A stretch of DNA of 64,000 nt from the human T2T-CHM13v2.0 reference genome, Homo sapiens. Below are positions 14,321 through 32,961 of this stretch, in pieces. Made by a program: the position numbers and the translations under genes. The notes beneath the pieces were generated by a model that had not been told where the DNA came from, made no database searches, and saw nothing but the letters and a program-made list of their open reading frames with translations. The number at the start of each line of letters is the position of its first letter. The stretch's first letter is position 1. The stretch lies in assembly GCF_009914755.1 (NCBI RefSeq), contig NC_060934.1. One strand, given 5' to 3'.

Positions 14321-15454
14321 TGCAGGTTTGGAAGCAGACTTAGCCACTTGTCCAGAGTCAGATTAGGCTTGAAATGTATCTTTCTGATACCAAAGTTTGG
14401 GCTCTTAACACACTACTTCTACTGTCTCAGTAGAAGTCTTGAAAACTTCTCTTTTAAAATAGTACTTCCAGATTACTAAATGAGTTGAATTCAGTCTGTT
14501 TTCAACATTTCTAGAACCATACTATTTCAAATGACATATTATTTATACATACCTTTAAATTTAACATTTGAGAATCAATCATAGGTACGTATCAAATTAC
14601 AACTTCCCTGAAAGATTTCAAGCCCTGACATTTGATAAATAAGGTTACCAGAATAAATAGTAAGTAACAGATTGAAATAGCTTTAAGATGCTGGATTCTT
14701 GCTTTGGAAACAGCTATAGGGCCTGGTTATAAAGATAATCACTTGGTATAGGCTAACAGGTTTTTTCCATGTGGAGAAGCTTTGACCTGATGGAGTTGGG
14801 TCAATTGGTGTCTTCAGTGTACGACATGCAGCACACAGGAGACCTAAGAAGACGACAAAGATGTCCACGAGGAATCTGCCGAAAGAAAATATAAAGTAAT
14901 ATGTGATAAAATCTAGCATGGAAAACTACGCATCAGAGACTGAGATGGCCCATGGGTGATGGTGTGGGTAAGATAAGTGTGATGGAGAGGGCCTTTGGGG
15001 GGTCCCATGAGAGAAAAAGGTACTTCTAAGTAAAAGCCATGTGACTTTATAAATTTCTAAATGTTGATTCAGGGGTCCTAAGTGATGGAGAAAGTTTACA
15101 TTGTTCTCTTAAGGCTCCATTGCCTCTTTCCCTCCCGAACTGTGGTATGTATACCTCTAATGCACGTTTTCTTTAGTGGGGAGGAAAGGAGGGGCTGTGG
15201 AGAACTTTCCATGGTCAGGAACTTACATCAGCCTTTTTTTTTTTTTTTTTTTTTTGCCTGTCTTTGGTACCTTATCTTCATGTTATGAATGTAACCTATT
15301 CCCTGTGGAAACATTTATTATTATTTCCAAATAGGGCCTTTGGTCCCAATGGCGTCTGTTTCTTTTTGACTTCTACATACGTCATGCTCACGGTCTTGGT
15401 TCGTATTGTCACTCATGCCATTTTTTCTTCCCATTTGCTTTTTGCCTGTCTAGT

Positions 15455-16930
15455 TTGAAGGTGGAAGATTTTCCGATGAATCAGATATGGCAAGTGAAAG
15501 GAAGTGAAGAATTAAGGGTAATGACAAGGTTTTCAGCCCGAACAACTAGAAGCCATGAACTGAGGTAGCAAAGATTGCAGGTAGAGCAGGTTTGATGGAA
15601 AAGATCATGATTGCAGTATTGGTTGCAGTATTGAGTGTTAGGGTTGACATGTCAGACATCCAAGTAGAAATGGCAGGCAGGCAGTTGGATATGCAAATTT
15701 GGAATTGAGAGAAATCATTATTGGAAATAAAAATGTGGGAGTCTTCAAAGTATTCGGTGCTATTGAAGGCTTTGAAACTGGATGAGATCATCTTTAGAGA
15801 GAATGAAGATGAAAGAAGAAAAGAGAACCATGGAATGAGCCCTGGGGCGCTCCAATATTAAGAGCTTTGGAAGAAGAGGAGGAAGTAGCCATGATGAATG
15901 AGAAGGTGTGACCACCACATCAACAGGATATCAAGAGTACGTTGTGTCTTAGAAGCCAAGTGAAGAAAATGAAGTGAGGAGGAGATCGGATGTTTCAAAT
16001 TCTGCTCGCAGGTCAAGTTAAGAGGCAGCCTGAGAAATGCCCTTTGTGTTTGGCAACGTGGACAGTACAGATGTCATTGGTGATCTTGCCAGGGCCTGTT
16101 CTGATGGAGTGGTGGGGACAAATAGAACTCTTTTTGAGGCATTTTGCTGCAAGAGGACTGGAGAAAGGTGACGGTTGCTAGTAGCAAAAGTAGTCTTTTC
16201 TTCTTAAGACAGTGGCTTGGCCAGACACGGTGGTTCACGCCTGTAATCCCAGTTTTGGAGGTCTAGGTGGGAGAATAGCTTGAATCTAGGAGTTCAAGAC
16301 CATCCTGGGCAACATGGCAAAATCCCATTTCTACAAAAAATACAAAAATTAGCAGGGTGTGGTGGCGTGCATCTGTAGTCCCAGCTACTTGGGAGGCTGA
16401 GGCGGGAGGATCACCTGAGCCTGGGGAGGTTGAGGCCACAGTGAGCTGTGATTGTGCCACTGCACTCTAGCCTGGGTGATAGAGTGAGTCACTGTCTCAA
16501 AAAACAAACAGAAAACAATAACAAAAGATGGTGGCTTATTTGTTGATGAAATGACCCAGTAGGAAAAGAAAGATTGATGATGTAGAAGAGTACAGAATTG
16601 TTGGAACAAGTCCTTGAGGAGGTGAGATGAGATGGAAGCTAGGGCACAAGTTGGCTTGACTTCTTCAAATGCACAGGTGTTTATCTGGGGTAGGAAGGCA
16701 CAGTATGTGGTGCAGCCACTGGTTAAGTGGGTAGACGTGGAGGGGTAAGTCTCTGAAAGTCTCTGCCTTAGTCTCAGTAAACTAGGAAACAAAATTCGCA
16801 ACTGCAAGTAAGGTGGGGAAAGGTGTGAAAGGCATGAGAGAATAGATGTCTAGGATTGGGGAGAAGGAATGGACTAGGGACATTTAGGATATTCTGAGCA
16901 GCACTGAAAACCCACTGAGCTCTGTGTGCA
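15455..16930 (-). mobile_element. L2 LINE remnant interrupted by an AluJ (16219-16523, +)
   Basis: ORF 15546-15791 contains the L2 RT-like ISNCLPAISTWMS; typical purine-rich L2 antisense text. Confidence 0.75.
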
Positions 16931-17007
16931 TGAATGACAGTGTTCAATAACTGATAACTGTAGTCATTTTTGTCACGCTCCTGACTTCAGTGGAAAAGCC
17001 TCTAGTG

Positions 17008-17234
17008 CAGGCATGTCCAATCTTTTGGCTTCCCTGGGCCCCAGTGGAAGAAGAAGAATTGTCTTGGGTCATACATGAAATACACTAACATTAATGATAG
17101 CTGATGAGCTAAAAAAAAAAAATCGCAAAAAAATCTCATAATGTTTTTAAGAAAGTTTACAAATCTGTGTTGGGCCGCATTCAAAGCCGTCCTGGGCCAC
17201 ATGCGGCCCGTGGGCTGTGGGTTGGACAAGCTTG
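17008..17234 (+). mobile_element. MER30 (hAT-Charlie MITE) with perfect 8-bp TSD
   Basis: CAGGCATGTCCAA...TTGGACAAGCTTG termini; CTCTAGTG at 17000-17007 and 17235-17242. Confidence 0.9.
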
Positions 17235-17690
17235 CTCTAGTGGTTCCCCATGCTGCTGGCTTTTGGGCTGAGAAATATTTTATCAGGTTAAAGAAGTATC
17301 CAACTATTCGTATTTTGTTGAGTTTTTTTCTTAAGAATGGTGATTGAATTTTGTTAAATATCTTCAATATGTCTGGAAATAATATTTTTATCCCTCTTTA
17401 ATTTGGTGAAAGCTGTTAATCCAGTTCTCAATATTTAACCATCATTACATTTCTGGAATAAATCCCATTTGGTCAAGATATGTTATTTTAAAAATCTGCT
17501 AGATTTTGTTTGCTATTAGGGATTTTTGCATAAATATAAATGATACTGGTCTGCATTTTTCTTTTGTGTAGCTCTAGTCTTTGTAGGTTTTGTGGTGTTT
17601 TACTAGCTTCATAGAAAATACTTGAAAGGTTTTTTTTTTTTTTTTAATTTTAAGCTGTTACAGAACAGCTTCAAAAGAATTGGTATTCTA

Positions 17691-18033
<343 letters not shown>

Positions 18034-19248
18034 CTAGGAAATCCTCTCAACCTGGTGCTCTTTTGAGGGTGTGCCATTGACAACCTCCTCATTTCCTCTA
18101 TGAGAATTGATATGCTTAGGCTTTCTATCTTTTCTGGGGTCAGTTTTGATCAATTATATCCATAGAAAATTATACATTTTATCTAAGTTTTTAAATGTAT
18201 TTGCATGGAGCTGAGCACAATATACAGAACTTATTTAAGGAGAAATGCATTACTGCAGATCCCACTTTGTTCTTCAACTCAAAATATCCAATGCTGTGAA
18301 GATTGCTTATATGACAAGTTGTGCTATCTTCTGATTTTTACCTGGAAGCAATGTGATCACAAACATACCACCAGATTAAAGTGGTAGTACTCAGGTAACA
18401 GGAGGCCATCCAAATTAAATTTAGGAGTCTTTAAAAAATTATCAAAATTCAATGTAAAAAGTATAATTTCTTGTAAAGAACATGTGGTTCCTGGAGAACA
18501 TGTCTAGGTTCCCCATTTGAGAAACACTGTCCTAGTGAATAGCATTTGAACTTATCCTACGTTCATTGCCCTTCCATGTCCACCTTCTCACACAGTGCTT
18601 CTGTGTATATCTGGCACTCCAGTTCAACTGAACCTTTCCATCTCCCTGTTTCCCACCTTCCTGCTATTATTTGTGCTGTTTCTTCTGCCTGGAACGCCAC
18701 TTTCCTAATAATTGTTGCCTGTTAATTCCACACCTTCAATTCTCACCAAAATGCCACTTTCTCCTTGAAGTGTTGGAATTGCTTTCTCATCTTTCCCATC
18801 ACACAAGCCTTGGTGACCCCAAAACACTGGATTCCCTTCTCCCTTCCCATGCCAACGTTCAGTACAGTTCATTGGAACAGAATTCACTTTAAGCTTTGCT
18901 CTTAAACTTTGGCCTAGTAAATAGCTTTTCTCCTTTCACTGTAGTCCCTTTTAAAAGCCAAAGACTTCAAAATTTGGAAGAGATTAGAAAATGAAAACAG
19001 TCCAAATCCAGCTCTTTGTTGATTAGATTGGCCCAAAGGGGACATAAATAAGACAAGCAAAATGCAAACGAATTCTAGTAGTAATGGCCACTGTATAAGC
19101 ACTGCACCAGTGCAGTGGTTTCAGCAGCTGGTCCTGGGCCCCTTTCATACTTAATGTATGTTTGGTTTTACGTTTAATTTTAGGTGCTAACAATTACCTC
19201 ATGGGCCCCTCTTAAGTCTGCTGTGAGAGAAATCCTAATCCCCTAAGG

Positions 19249-19738
19249 CAGTGGTTCTCAAAGTGTGGTCCCTGAGACCAACAATGTCAACATTACTGAG
19301 AACTTGCTAGAAGTGCAAATTATTGCTCCCATCCCAGTCCTACTGAATCAGATTTTCTGGGATTAGGGCAGGCAATCTGTTTTAACAAGGCCTACAGGTG
19401 ATTCTGACATCCATTAAAGTTTGAGATCGGCTGGGCATGGTTGCTCACACCTATAATCGCAGCACTTTGGGAAGCCGAGGCGAGAAGATTGCTTGAGTTC
19501 AGGAGTTCGAGATGAGCCTAGGTAACATAGTGAGACATCGTCTCTACTAAAATTCAAAAAGAATTAGGCATGGTGGTGCGTGTCTGTAGTCCCAGCGACT
19601 TGCATTGCGTGCTGAGGTGAGAGGATCGCTTGAGCCTGGGAGATCAAGGCTGCAGTGAGCCCTGAGTGTCACTGCACTCCAGCCTGGGCAACAGAGTGAG
19701 ACCCTGTCTCAAAAAAAAAAAAAGTTTGAGATCCTCTG
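19249..19738 (+). mobile_element. MER5A interrupted by AluJ (19429-19720)
   Basis: CAGTGGTTCTCAAAGTGTGGTCC start; TSD AAAGTTTGAGATC at 19416-19428 and 19721-19733. Confidence 0.88.
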
Positions 19739-21029
19739 CCCTAAGATATCCATTATCCATTACATGTAAGGAATTAACTTCTCTCCTATGCGACCAGGAT
19801 GGCCTTTGTTACATAGTATCCTTAGAGCTGAGAAAACAGTTACCTAAATCACTGCCTGTGTTCTGTGGTTCAGATAAAGAACCCACTGAAAGAGGCTGCG
19901 TGCATGAACCGGCTCTGACCAACTGAACATGAAACACAGGTTGGAATAAAAATATTTTTTTATTTGATGGTCTTCCATATAGACAGAATTTCATCAGGAA
20001 TCAAAGAAAGGTGGTTACCACATATAAACACCAACTAAACTCTGAGCTTTCTGGCAACTGAAAAGGAAAACGTTGAGTTCTAGAATAGCCTTTGTTGTTT
20101 GATGCAACTAACCATATCACCTTTTAGAGCTAGAGAACCGTCCAGGTATTAAATGTTTGGAATCTTTTATGATGTGGATTGTGCTACAGGGGACACTGAG
20201 TAACGTGGGGACCAATGTCCTTCACAGTTTTTGTAGAAAAATTTTTAGGTGGTCTTCCATATTCACCCTTAGAAGCAAGGACAACCCTTCGAGTGTAATT
20301 CCGTGGAGATGATTTCCTTCTGACTCAAACACCCATAGCTTCCCTGTCTGTCCATTTCGTGAGCTCCTCATTACCTTCCATGACTCACTTTTCCATGTGA
20401 CACGGAGCCTCCCTGGCTTCCACTGCTGATACTGACCATTCCTTTCTTTGTTCTCTATGCTGCCGTGGACACAGAGCCACCATCGCTGTTAACTGTACTA
20501 GAGTCTTTACTTTTTTTTTCTTTTGTGAGCCTAAGCCTTCCTCAAGACAAGAATCTTTGTTTTGTTAAAAAAAAGAATAGCCTTAATGTTTTTTTTTCTG
20601 ATTTTAAAGTGAACACCCTATTGTAGAACATCCATGTAAGCAAAAAGAAAAAAAATAAAAATGATTTGTAATTTCTCCAAGAAATGACCTGTGTTGACAT
20701 TTCAGTGATTATACTTCCAAGTCTTTTACTAAATGTGTACGTAAATAGCTTTATTTTTGTGTGTGTAAAAATCTGTAGCCTCTGTAAACAAGCCAAATGT
20801 CATATACACCCCACACAAAACAATAAAAGCAAAAATCACCAGACTTCTCAAGACTCGACTTTGTTCTGGATGGCTCTTTGTGCTTATTTACACATAGACA
20901 TTGGCAAGTTGACATATTTGGGACCATGCCATACATGTTGTTTTGTAGCCTGTTTTCCATGTAGCAGTATGTTACAGACACCCTCACTTATCAATAAATA
21001 TATGGACACCACTATTTATAAAGGCTTAA

Positions 21030-21420
<391 letters not shown>

Positions 21421-21585
21421 ATTCACTATTTTAACAATACTGCAGGCCATGTCTTTTCTCCACTAGTAATACACTCCCAGGCATGGGTTTGTTGCTCTCA
21501 AAGGTATATGCACTTCCTACCATGGTCAAATGACATAGGAAGGATGTACAAATTTATGCTCCCATCAGTAGTGCATAACAGTGCA

Positions 21586-21878
<293 letters not shown>

Positions 21879-22744
21879 GAGTGCCCATTTCCGCACATCC
21901 TTGACAGTACTGGGTTTTGTCCATACTTTTAATTTTTGGCAATCTGATTAAAGAAAAATGATATATTATGATTTTTATATTTATTTGAAAACTATAAGGT
22001 TTTTTTAAATGTTAACATTTCTATTTATCCTTTTTGTGAATTGCCTGTTTTTATCACAAGCTTTTCATTGCTGTTTGAAGTTTTCTTATTTATTTCTAAG
22101 AATCCTTTATATATAAACTATTAATCTTTTTTCTGTATTTACTTATCTTTGTCCTGTATTGAAATATTCTCGTTCATCATTTGTCTCTTATTTTAAATAT
22201 GGTTATTTTAAATTTCTTTTTGGATTTAGCCTTTGTTGTCACACTTAATAATTTACCACACAAAGGTTTTATATATATACTTATAATACCTTTCAATACA
22301 TGTATTTTAATTTTTTACTTCTAAAAGTTAAATACATGTGGAATAATTTTGGCAAATAGCATAGAGATCTAATATACTTTTCTACCTCATACCTGAAATT
22401 CAGCCAGTTTTCTCTATGCTATTTGTTTTTAAAATCTATTTCTCCCATTGATTTGGAATATTACTTATATCAGGCACTGATTACTTACACAGGAGTCCAT
22501 TTCTCAACTTCTTATAGCACTAATGTGAATATTTCTCTATAGTATTATATATTAGTAATTATTATTTATAACATATTTTAATATCTGATAGAAATGTTTT
22601 TCTATTCTCAGTATTCTTGAACTTCCAACTGCTTATTTTGAAGTTCCAAAAAATTCTACTTTTAAAAACTTGGAATTACATTAAGTTTTTAATATTGTCA
22701 GGATGCTTGTTCCTGTAAACCTGAGATGAAACTCAGAGTCTAGC

Positions 22745-23107
22745 TGTCTTAGTCCATTTGGGGTGCTGTACAAAAATACCATAGACTGGGTGATTTATAA
22801 ACAACAGAAATCTATTTCTTACATTTCTGGAGGCTGAGAAGTCCAAGATCAAGGTGTCAGCAGACTTGGTGTCTGGTGAGGGTTGCTCTCTGCTTCATAG
22901 ACGGCTCATTGTTGCTGTGTCCTCACATGGCAGAAGGGGTGAAGGAGCTCGCTTGAGCCTCTTTTATATGGGCAGTAATCGCATTTATGAAGGTAGAGCC
23001 CTCACGACAATAACTCCCCAAAAGGTACCCCCCTTCCCAAACGCTATCACATTGGGCATCAGGTTCCATATGCATTTTGGGAGGACACCAACAGTCAGAC
23101 TGTGGCA
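22745..23107 (-). mobile_element. MLT1A-like MaLR solo LTR
   Basis: TG...CA ends, 5-bp TSD CTAGC (22740-22744, 23108-23112), GAAGTCCAAGATCAAGG motif. Confidence 0.85.
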
Positions 23108-23431
23108 CTAGCTGTGTTTGGTGACTGTGGACAGATGATTCTCCCACCTACGGATTTTCCAGGTAACTGTTTGTCTTTGGAGGAAGGAGATTTGCCTTGA
23201 GGAGGCTGTGTACAAGGAAGGAGAGGAAGATTGGATTGGTGCTCTGAAGATAGAGAAGGCTGTGAATAAAATCTGCATTTTGAAGATAGGGAAGACAAGA
23301 AGTCCTGTTCTTCAGGACAATGGTGGCAGAATGGGGCACAGAGAAGAGCACTGTCCCCATTTCTGTGGCACCTGGTACAGACAAGAGCCACAAGGGCTGC
23401 CACCCCTGACATGCCATTGGTCACTCCAAAT

Positions 23432-24222
23432 CAGTGCTGTGCAGGGGCTGGCTCCTGAGACCCAACTGTTAAATTTCCAAGAATTTTCCAAGCTGGTTGT
23501 TAAACAGAACCATTATTAAAAATTAAACGTATAAACTTACAATTAAATGAGTTATGTGAGGAACAAAGGTAATGAATATTCAAAATTCATCATTTGTTAG
23601 TCATTTCACTACACCTTACTACAATCTATGCTTATTTACATCTGTTGTTGTCTATATGGTGGAAATACTAGGTAATGATATGCTACTGTACATCCTTCCT
23701 AATTCCACATTCAGTGATGGCAGACTTGACACTGGCACAGTGGGAGTATTTACACCATGAAAGTTGGCAAATGCTACAAATTAGGACTTGATTGATTGTT
23801 TTCCTGATTGTCTAGAGGAGGGGATGGCAAATTTTTATGTAAAGGGCCAGACAGCGTTTCAGGCTTTGTAGGCCACACAGTCTCTGTCACAATGACTAAT
23901 TCTGCTCTTACAGAGCAAAAGCATAGAAAATACCTAAATGCATGAGTGAGCCTGGGTTTTTGTACTAACTTTATTTGTGGATACTGAAGTTTAAACTTCA
24001 TATAATTTTCATGTGTCATGCAATACTATTCTTTTGATTTTTTTCAGTCATTCAAAAATATAAAAACCATTTTTCTATGGCAGGCTGTAGAAAATCATGG
24101 CACACACTGGCTTTAGAGACTATTTATTATGATTTGTGAATCATATGCTACATATCCCTTATGTCAGTAAAATTTATAATAAACTTTTTTTTTTTTCCTA
24201 GAGAACTGCCAGCACACCACCA
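23432..24222. mobile_element. hAT DNA transposon remnant (MER63-like) with nested MER58B-like element (~23818-24115)
   Basis: TGTTAAATTTCCAAGAATTTT...GGTTGTTAAACAG..CATTATTAAAAATTAAA and CCAGCACACCAC end; nested GGCAAATTTTTATGTAAAGGGCCAGA. Confidence 0.65.
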
Positions 24223-26129
24223 CTTCAAGTGTTTTCTGAATTGGGGACATGGGAGGAGGGAGTCCAGCAGTACCCTGGGGAGGAGGCCCTCCCCTCTCCC
24301 ATGAACCACTGGCACTGGAGGCACTGTGAGCTTGCCCCTAGAGGGTATGCCAACAGCTGACTTGAATCACTGCAAAGGAAGGGCAGAGGATTCCTGCACT
24401 TGTGTGATGTGGAATACTCTGGGGACTGTCAGAAATAACCCAGGAAACTGTAAGGTAGGGCCAAGGTCCTGCTGTCATGTAGGAGGGGCCTGTGAGCTGG
24501 TGAGATTTCTGTATCTACAGATGAAGGAGTTGGAAAATTCCAGTTACATAATGTTTTTCCCATCTAGGAATATTACGGTATGTCATTCCATTTAGCCAAG
24601 TCTTTATTTAAATCCTTCAGTAATTGTATTCATATAACTCCTGTATTTTTCTTGTTTAGTAAATTCCTAGGTAGTTCTGTTTAATTTTTTAAAATGTTAA
24701 TATTTATTTATATTTTCATTATAATTAATTTTTCTAGTTATATTTTTGGTTCTATATAATTTTTTTCTATTACTTTTTAGCTATTTATTGCTGGTCTATA
24801 GGGAAACTAATGCTTGTATAAATTAACTTTTTATACTGGTCACCATATTATTCATTTTTTTTTAGTTGATTCTCTTGTGTTTTCAGTAATACAATGGTAT
24901 CATCTGCAATAAATGATCCTTTTACCTTCTTCCCAATTTTTGACAAGTTTTAGTATTGCGATGTGCTTGCTTTACAAATGAATTGGGAAGTTTTTCATTT
25001 TTTCCCCATGGTCAATATCAGTTGAAAGAATGTAAAATCTGTTTATGTGAAGTTTCAAAGAATTCAACCATGAAACTATTTAGCCTCAAGAATTTTTCCA
25101 GAGGTGATTTTTGTTTGTTTGTTTTTACAAATATTTCTTTTTCACCATAGATACTGGTTTACTTAAGACTTTTTCTTTTGTCAAAATTGGTAATTCATGA
25201 TTTCTGAGAAAATTTCTATTCCATCCCTGTTTCTACTCCTGTCTCTCTCTAATCTATTCTCTAGCCAGTAAGCTGTCACAACATTTAAAATATCAGGTGG
25301 TCACTCCCCTGCATGAAAACCTCTGACAGTTTCCACTGATAGGTTATCACTGCTTTATATCTCCTGGTCTGTGAAGGCCTAACATGATCTGGTCCTAACT
25401 CACCTCCCACTTCCTACTGCCTTGCTCAGAGTGACAGGAGGGCCCCCAGAGGAGGAGCTAGCAGAGGCATGCTGAGTACTGGATTTCATGCTGATTCTGG
25501 AAACAGCTCCCTGCCAGCTTTAAAGGAGGCTTAATTGTTCTGGGAGTTTTGCTGACATAATACAGCTTGGCTCACGGGTGGTTCTTGTCCTTAGGCTTAA
25601 AAGTAGAACAGGCATTAATAAATGCCACAAAATGTCTTTGGTTGTGTTCAGCCAGTTCTTTTCCAAGCAGAAAAAAAGCACTTAATTAAATTCAATCAAT
25701 ATTTTTCAAGGGCTTCTTATGGACAAGAAATTTTGCTGGACTCTGGGATATAAGTGAGGCAGACACACACAATGTACCTCTATTGCAAGGCAAAGTAAAA
25801 GAGAATGTATTGATACAACATGCTGGGTTATGCCACAGTAATGAAAATCTCAGAGGCTTATAACCACGCAGGTGTATTGCTCAGTTGTGCTGTATGTCCA
25901 GATGGATTGGCTATGGCTCTGCTCTTTGTCATTTCACTCTGAGACCCAAGCAAGTTGAAAAACCTCTATCTGGAAAATTTCTGGTGGTCATGGCAGAGAG
26001 AAAAGGCATGCTGGCCAACATGCAATCACTAAGACTTTGTTAAGAAGTGACACGTGCCACTAAAGATCACATTTTATTGGCCAGAGAAAATAGCATGATC
26101 AAGTTGGACATCAAAGGGGCAGGGAAGAA

Positions 26130-26210
26130 TTAGGTTGAACCATATGAGATTGGCATTTTATGAAGTCAAAAGTGATTGAATATCTCAACTGTATTTGGCT
26201 TAACCTAATA
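26130..26210. mobile_element. MADE2-like mariner MITE (~80 bp)
   Basis: TTAGGTTGAACCATATGA...TTTGGCTTAACCTAA imperfect terminal inverted repeats. Confidence 0.7.
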
Positions 26211-29200
26211 TAATTCTTCTATAGGGAAGGCAATGATGATTTGAATAATGTAAGTTACTCCATAGTGGTACCAACAAAATTGCAATAACAAAATCTTATT
26301 AAGATTTTCTTTAAATTCAGATGAAAATTTTATTCACTAATTCTGCATTTCACTTGAGATAGCCACAAACAACCAACCCTTCCATCTGCAGAAATGGGTA
26401 ATAAAAGCACAGGTGTCACATTAACCTTTTTGGCTGAGATTAGGTGCCATTGGTTTTAGATTCCAGCTTTGAGGAGTCTGTCTCAATAAAAATGTGCCGT
26501 GTTCTTGATATGTGCCAGGCTCTGTGCAAGGTGCTGGGACAGACAGTGAAATGCACTGACAGACAAGGTCTGTCCTCAGGGGGCTGAGAGTCTAGTTCCT
26601 GCCCTGCTATCATGTACAGATAATCAGTAAATAGGTGCTGTGGGGGATGGGAGAGGTTGAGAGAGCTTAGGGTGCATTTCTAATGGAGCTCACATGATTG
26701 TCGGCCAAATTCATTTCTGTGAAGCTGCAGAACTCACAGCTGTTTGTTTCTTCAAGGCTAGCAGGAAAATCTCTCCAAGCTCAGGGCAGGCTTGAGCTCT
26801 CTTTTAAAGGCCTCACCTGAGTAAGCCAGGCCAACCTAGGCCACTCTCGCTTTTGATGAACTTGAAGGTAAACTGATTAGAGACTTAATCACAAAATCCC
26901 TCCATCTTTGGCATATGATGTAACCTGATCACAGAAGAGACATCCATCATATCCACAGGTCTGGCCCCTACTCAAGTGGACTGTGCAGGGCTCGGACACC
27001 AAGAGGGGGAATCTGGGACATGACCTTAGAATTCTGCCTGCCTCAGGGTTTCATTTTCAAAATTGTCACGGATCTTGTGGGTGTGTCTTCTTGTTGTTTC
27101 AATCCATGTTTACCTGATGTCATTGGTCATTTGCAGATCTTTTGTGAAGTCTTCTGCCCAGAATTTGTTCTTAGTGGATTGCTTGCCTTTTTGTTTTTGA
27201 GTCTTCTAACCTGAATATAAATTCTCAGTTGGATACAAGTGTTGTAACTATGTTCTCCCAGTCGATGGTTCCCCTTTTTGTTTTTGATAAATTCTTCATT
27301 TTAATTGTCATGTTTATCAGTCCTTTTTTTTGGTGGTTAGTGGTTTTGTGTCCTGTTTATGAATCTCTTGCTTAGTCCAAGGTCATAAAAATATTCTCCT
27401 GCCTGGACCCTTTCTCCTGGATCCTGCATTGCTTTTGTTTTCAAATGTAGGTCTATCATTCACTTTGAGTGAACTTTTATGACTTGTGTGTGTATGGGAC
27501 CAAAGTTCATTTTGTTCTGTATATGACGAGTCAATTGATACGGTATCATTTACTGAAAAGACCATCCTCTCCCTATTGATTTGTGACTTTGACTTTGTTA
27601 AATCAGGTGACTGGAGGTAGGCTGGAATCTGGTTTGGCTTCTTCTATTGCACAAATCTATTTGTTCATCTGTACGCCAATGCCAGACTGTCCTCACTATT
27701 GTCCGACTATGCTGTGATATCTAAACAACATCTTCAGATTGAATCCTGGGCATTGCCATCTCTGTAGAGAGGCCTCACCCCACTCTCCCAGCCCTAAGCA
27801 ACTAGGAATTTATTTTCTGTCTCTGTAAATTTTTCTGTTACACACATTTCTTGTGAATGAAATCATATAGTATGTTGTCTTTTGTACCTGGCTTCTTTCA
27901 TTTCCAGCATGCTTTCAGGGTTCACCATGTTTGCAAGGCTGTTTCCTTGTGCAGGAAACAGAAGCACTGACCAGGAGGACTGGGGCAGGTGAAATTGGGA
28001 AAAAAGAAAGGGAGGGAATAACCTGTGTCCAGACACTAAAAGGACTTGCAGGATCTTTTAAAAGAGATGTATAGATGTAATAGGGAATTAGAAAGCATGG
28101 GAAAGCATCTGCTCTCTAAAATGTCAAAAAACCCACATAGATTTGGAACAAGCTTCTTGTATCATTTGGTGTGAAGCATGTGGTCCTCACTCAGCTATGT
28201 GGCTGACCCCCAGAAGGCAGTCACGGATGGAGCTTTTAAAGGAAGGGGAGAGGCCCATATGCTCAGCTCAGAGGCAGGAGAGGATGAGTTTGAAGTGCTT
28301 GAGGAACACGGAGTGACCCCAGGAAGGAGGTGGGCCATGTTAGGTGGGGCTGAGAGAGGAGCCCCAGCTTCAAGGAGAGCGTGTCCAGGCAGTAGCTTGA
28401 ACGGCTACAGATGGAAAAGGATTTGGCTTTCTTTATGTTTTCTTCCTTTGATTTTTAACTGCCCATCCCCCCAGTATTAATGGTTAGTACAGAAAAGAAA
28501 AAGGAGAAATTATCACCCATCACCCCTCCACCCAGAATTAACCACAGTTAACACTGGGGCCCGGTTCCTTCCAGGCTGGAATCTCAGAATCGCTTTCTTA
28601 ATCAGAGGCAATGGTCTGCACAGCTTTATATCCTGCAATTTCTTGCTTAGTGTAAAAGCATTACCCTGCGATCTGATTTCCTTTTGCATCTCAAACCCGG
28701 GAAGTTTGGCCATTAGCAAGGATTTCCTGAATTTCCTCGGAATCATCACAGAGGCTGGGCTTGGTCTTCCTGGAGCTTAGGGCTATTTCTCCCTCCCCTC
28801 CTTTCAAGCTGCAGGTCTTCGTGAGAAGAAGGCGGATGCAATAGCAAAGACTTAGCTTTCAGGCCTCCTTCCTCAAGGTGGTAATTGTTCCCTTTAAAGG
28901 AAGAGAGAATTAACTGAGTGCCAGCGCTGGATTAGGCCTGGGCATCCAGAAAGTGCCCACAAGAAGTGGAGGCCAGTGGGAGAGACACAAGTGCTACAAG
29001 GCGAGGTGACAGAGCTCTCCGAAGGATGGAGAAGGGGCTGTGGCGGCTGGCCCAGTGGAAAAGTACCTCGACCATGATTCATCAGGATAATGCTCCGTTG
29101 GTGCCAGGCCATCACCCCGTCTGGGAGTGCAGACAGCTGACAGCTGAAAGTCACATCAAGAATGGAATCAATTCTACGGGAAGAAAGTAAATGAAAGTTA

Positions 29201-29415
29201 AGATAAAAATGCATTACTTCAGTGCTATACCTTCTGCTGCAAGCATCTGTTTAATACAAGCAACATGAGACTAGCGCCTGCTACGTGGCGGGCGCTGTCT
29301 GGGCATAGTGGGCAAGGCAGGCTCCTGTGCCAGGCAACTCCCAACCTGACTGAGGAAGACAATGTGGTGGCCCACCCGACACAGACTGGCTGATTAAATA
29401 AGGGTTATGAGTTAG

Positions 29416-31375
<1,960 letters not shown>

Positions 31376-31432
31376 CTTAGAGTTTTTAATTCAGTTGGTC
31401 TGGAATAGTTTTTTTTTTCCTTTTATTTTTTA

Positions 31433-32329
<897 letters not shown>

Positions 32330-32961
32330 GTTTTTTATTTTGAAATAATTTTAGGTTTAGAGAAAAGTTGAAAAATAGTAAAACAAAAAAAAAAAAAAAA
32401 AAAAAAAACAAAAAATCCCAAAACCCCCAAAACTCTCATTGACCCTTATCTCAGATTTCCCGAATGCTTACCACCCTCGCTACATCATTCAAGTTCTTGG
32501 AAACATTTAAAGCATGTGAAACATTTAAAACATTTAAGTTGGAGGCTTTAAGTTGCACGTCCTTTATTTCTAAATATTTCAGTGTGTTTTTCTTAAAAAA
32601 AATTTTCTCATACCACAGTAACATGATCAAAATTGGAAAATCAACATTGATTCAATACTATGATCTACAATCAAGGTTTTTTTTTTTTTTCAAATCCCTG
32701 GGTCTCTGCATTTTTTAAAAGCTTCACAGATGATTTCAATGGATACTAGGGACCTCTGTTGCCTCCTCTGGCAGAGCAGGACTGAGGGGTGGACCCTCCC
32801 TGAGACCACCCAACAATTCAGGGTGGAGTTATCAGGGCGCCCTGACTCCTGGGGGCATTTTTGTGTGACGGGAAAAGACAATGCTCCTGGCTGAGTGAGA
32901 TGGCAGCTGGCTTGGCAAGGGGACAGCACCTTTGTCACCACATTATGTCCCTGTACCCTAC

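Noticed and set aside
32500-32540. Three copies of AAACATTTAA upstream of ARMS2
   Set aside because: Short slippage duplication in AT-rich L1-like DNA; no support for function
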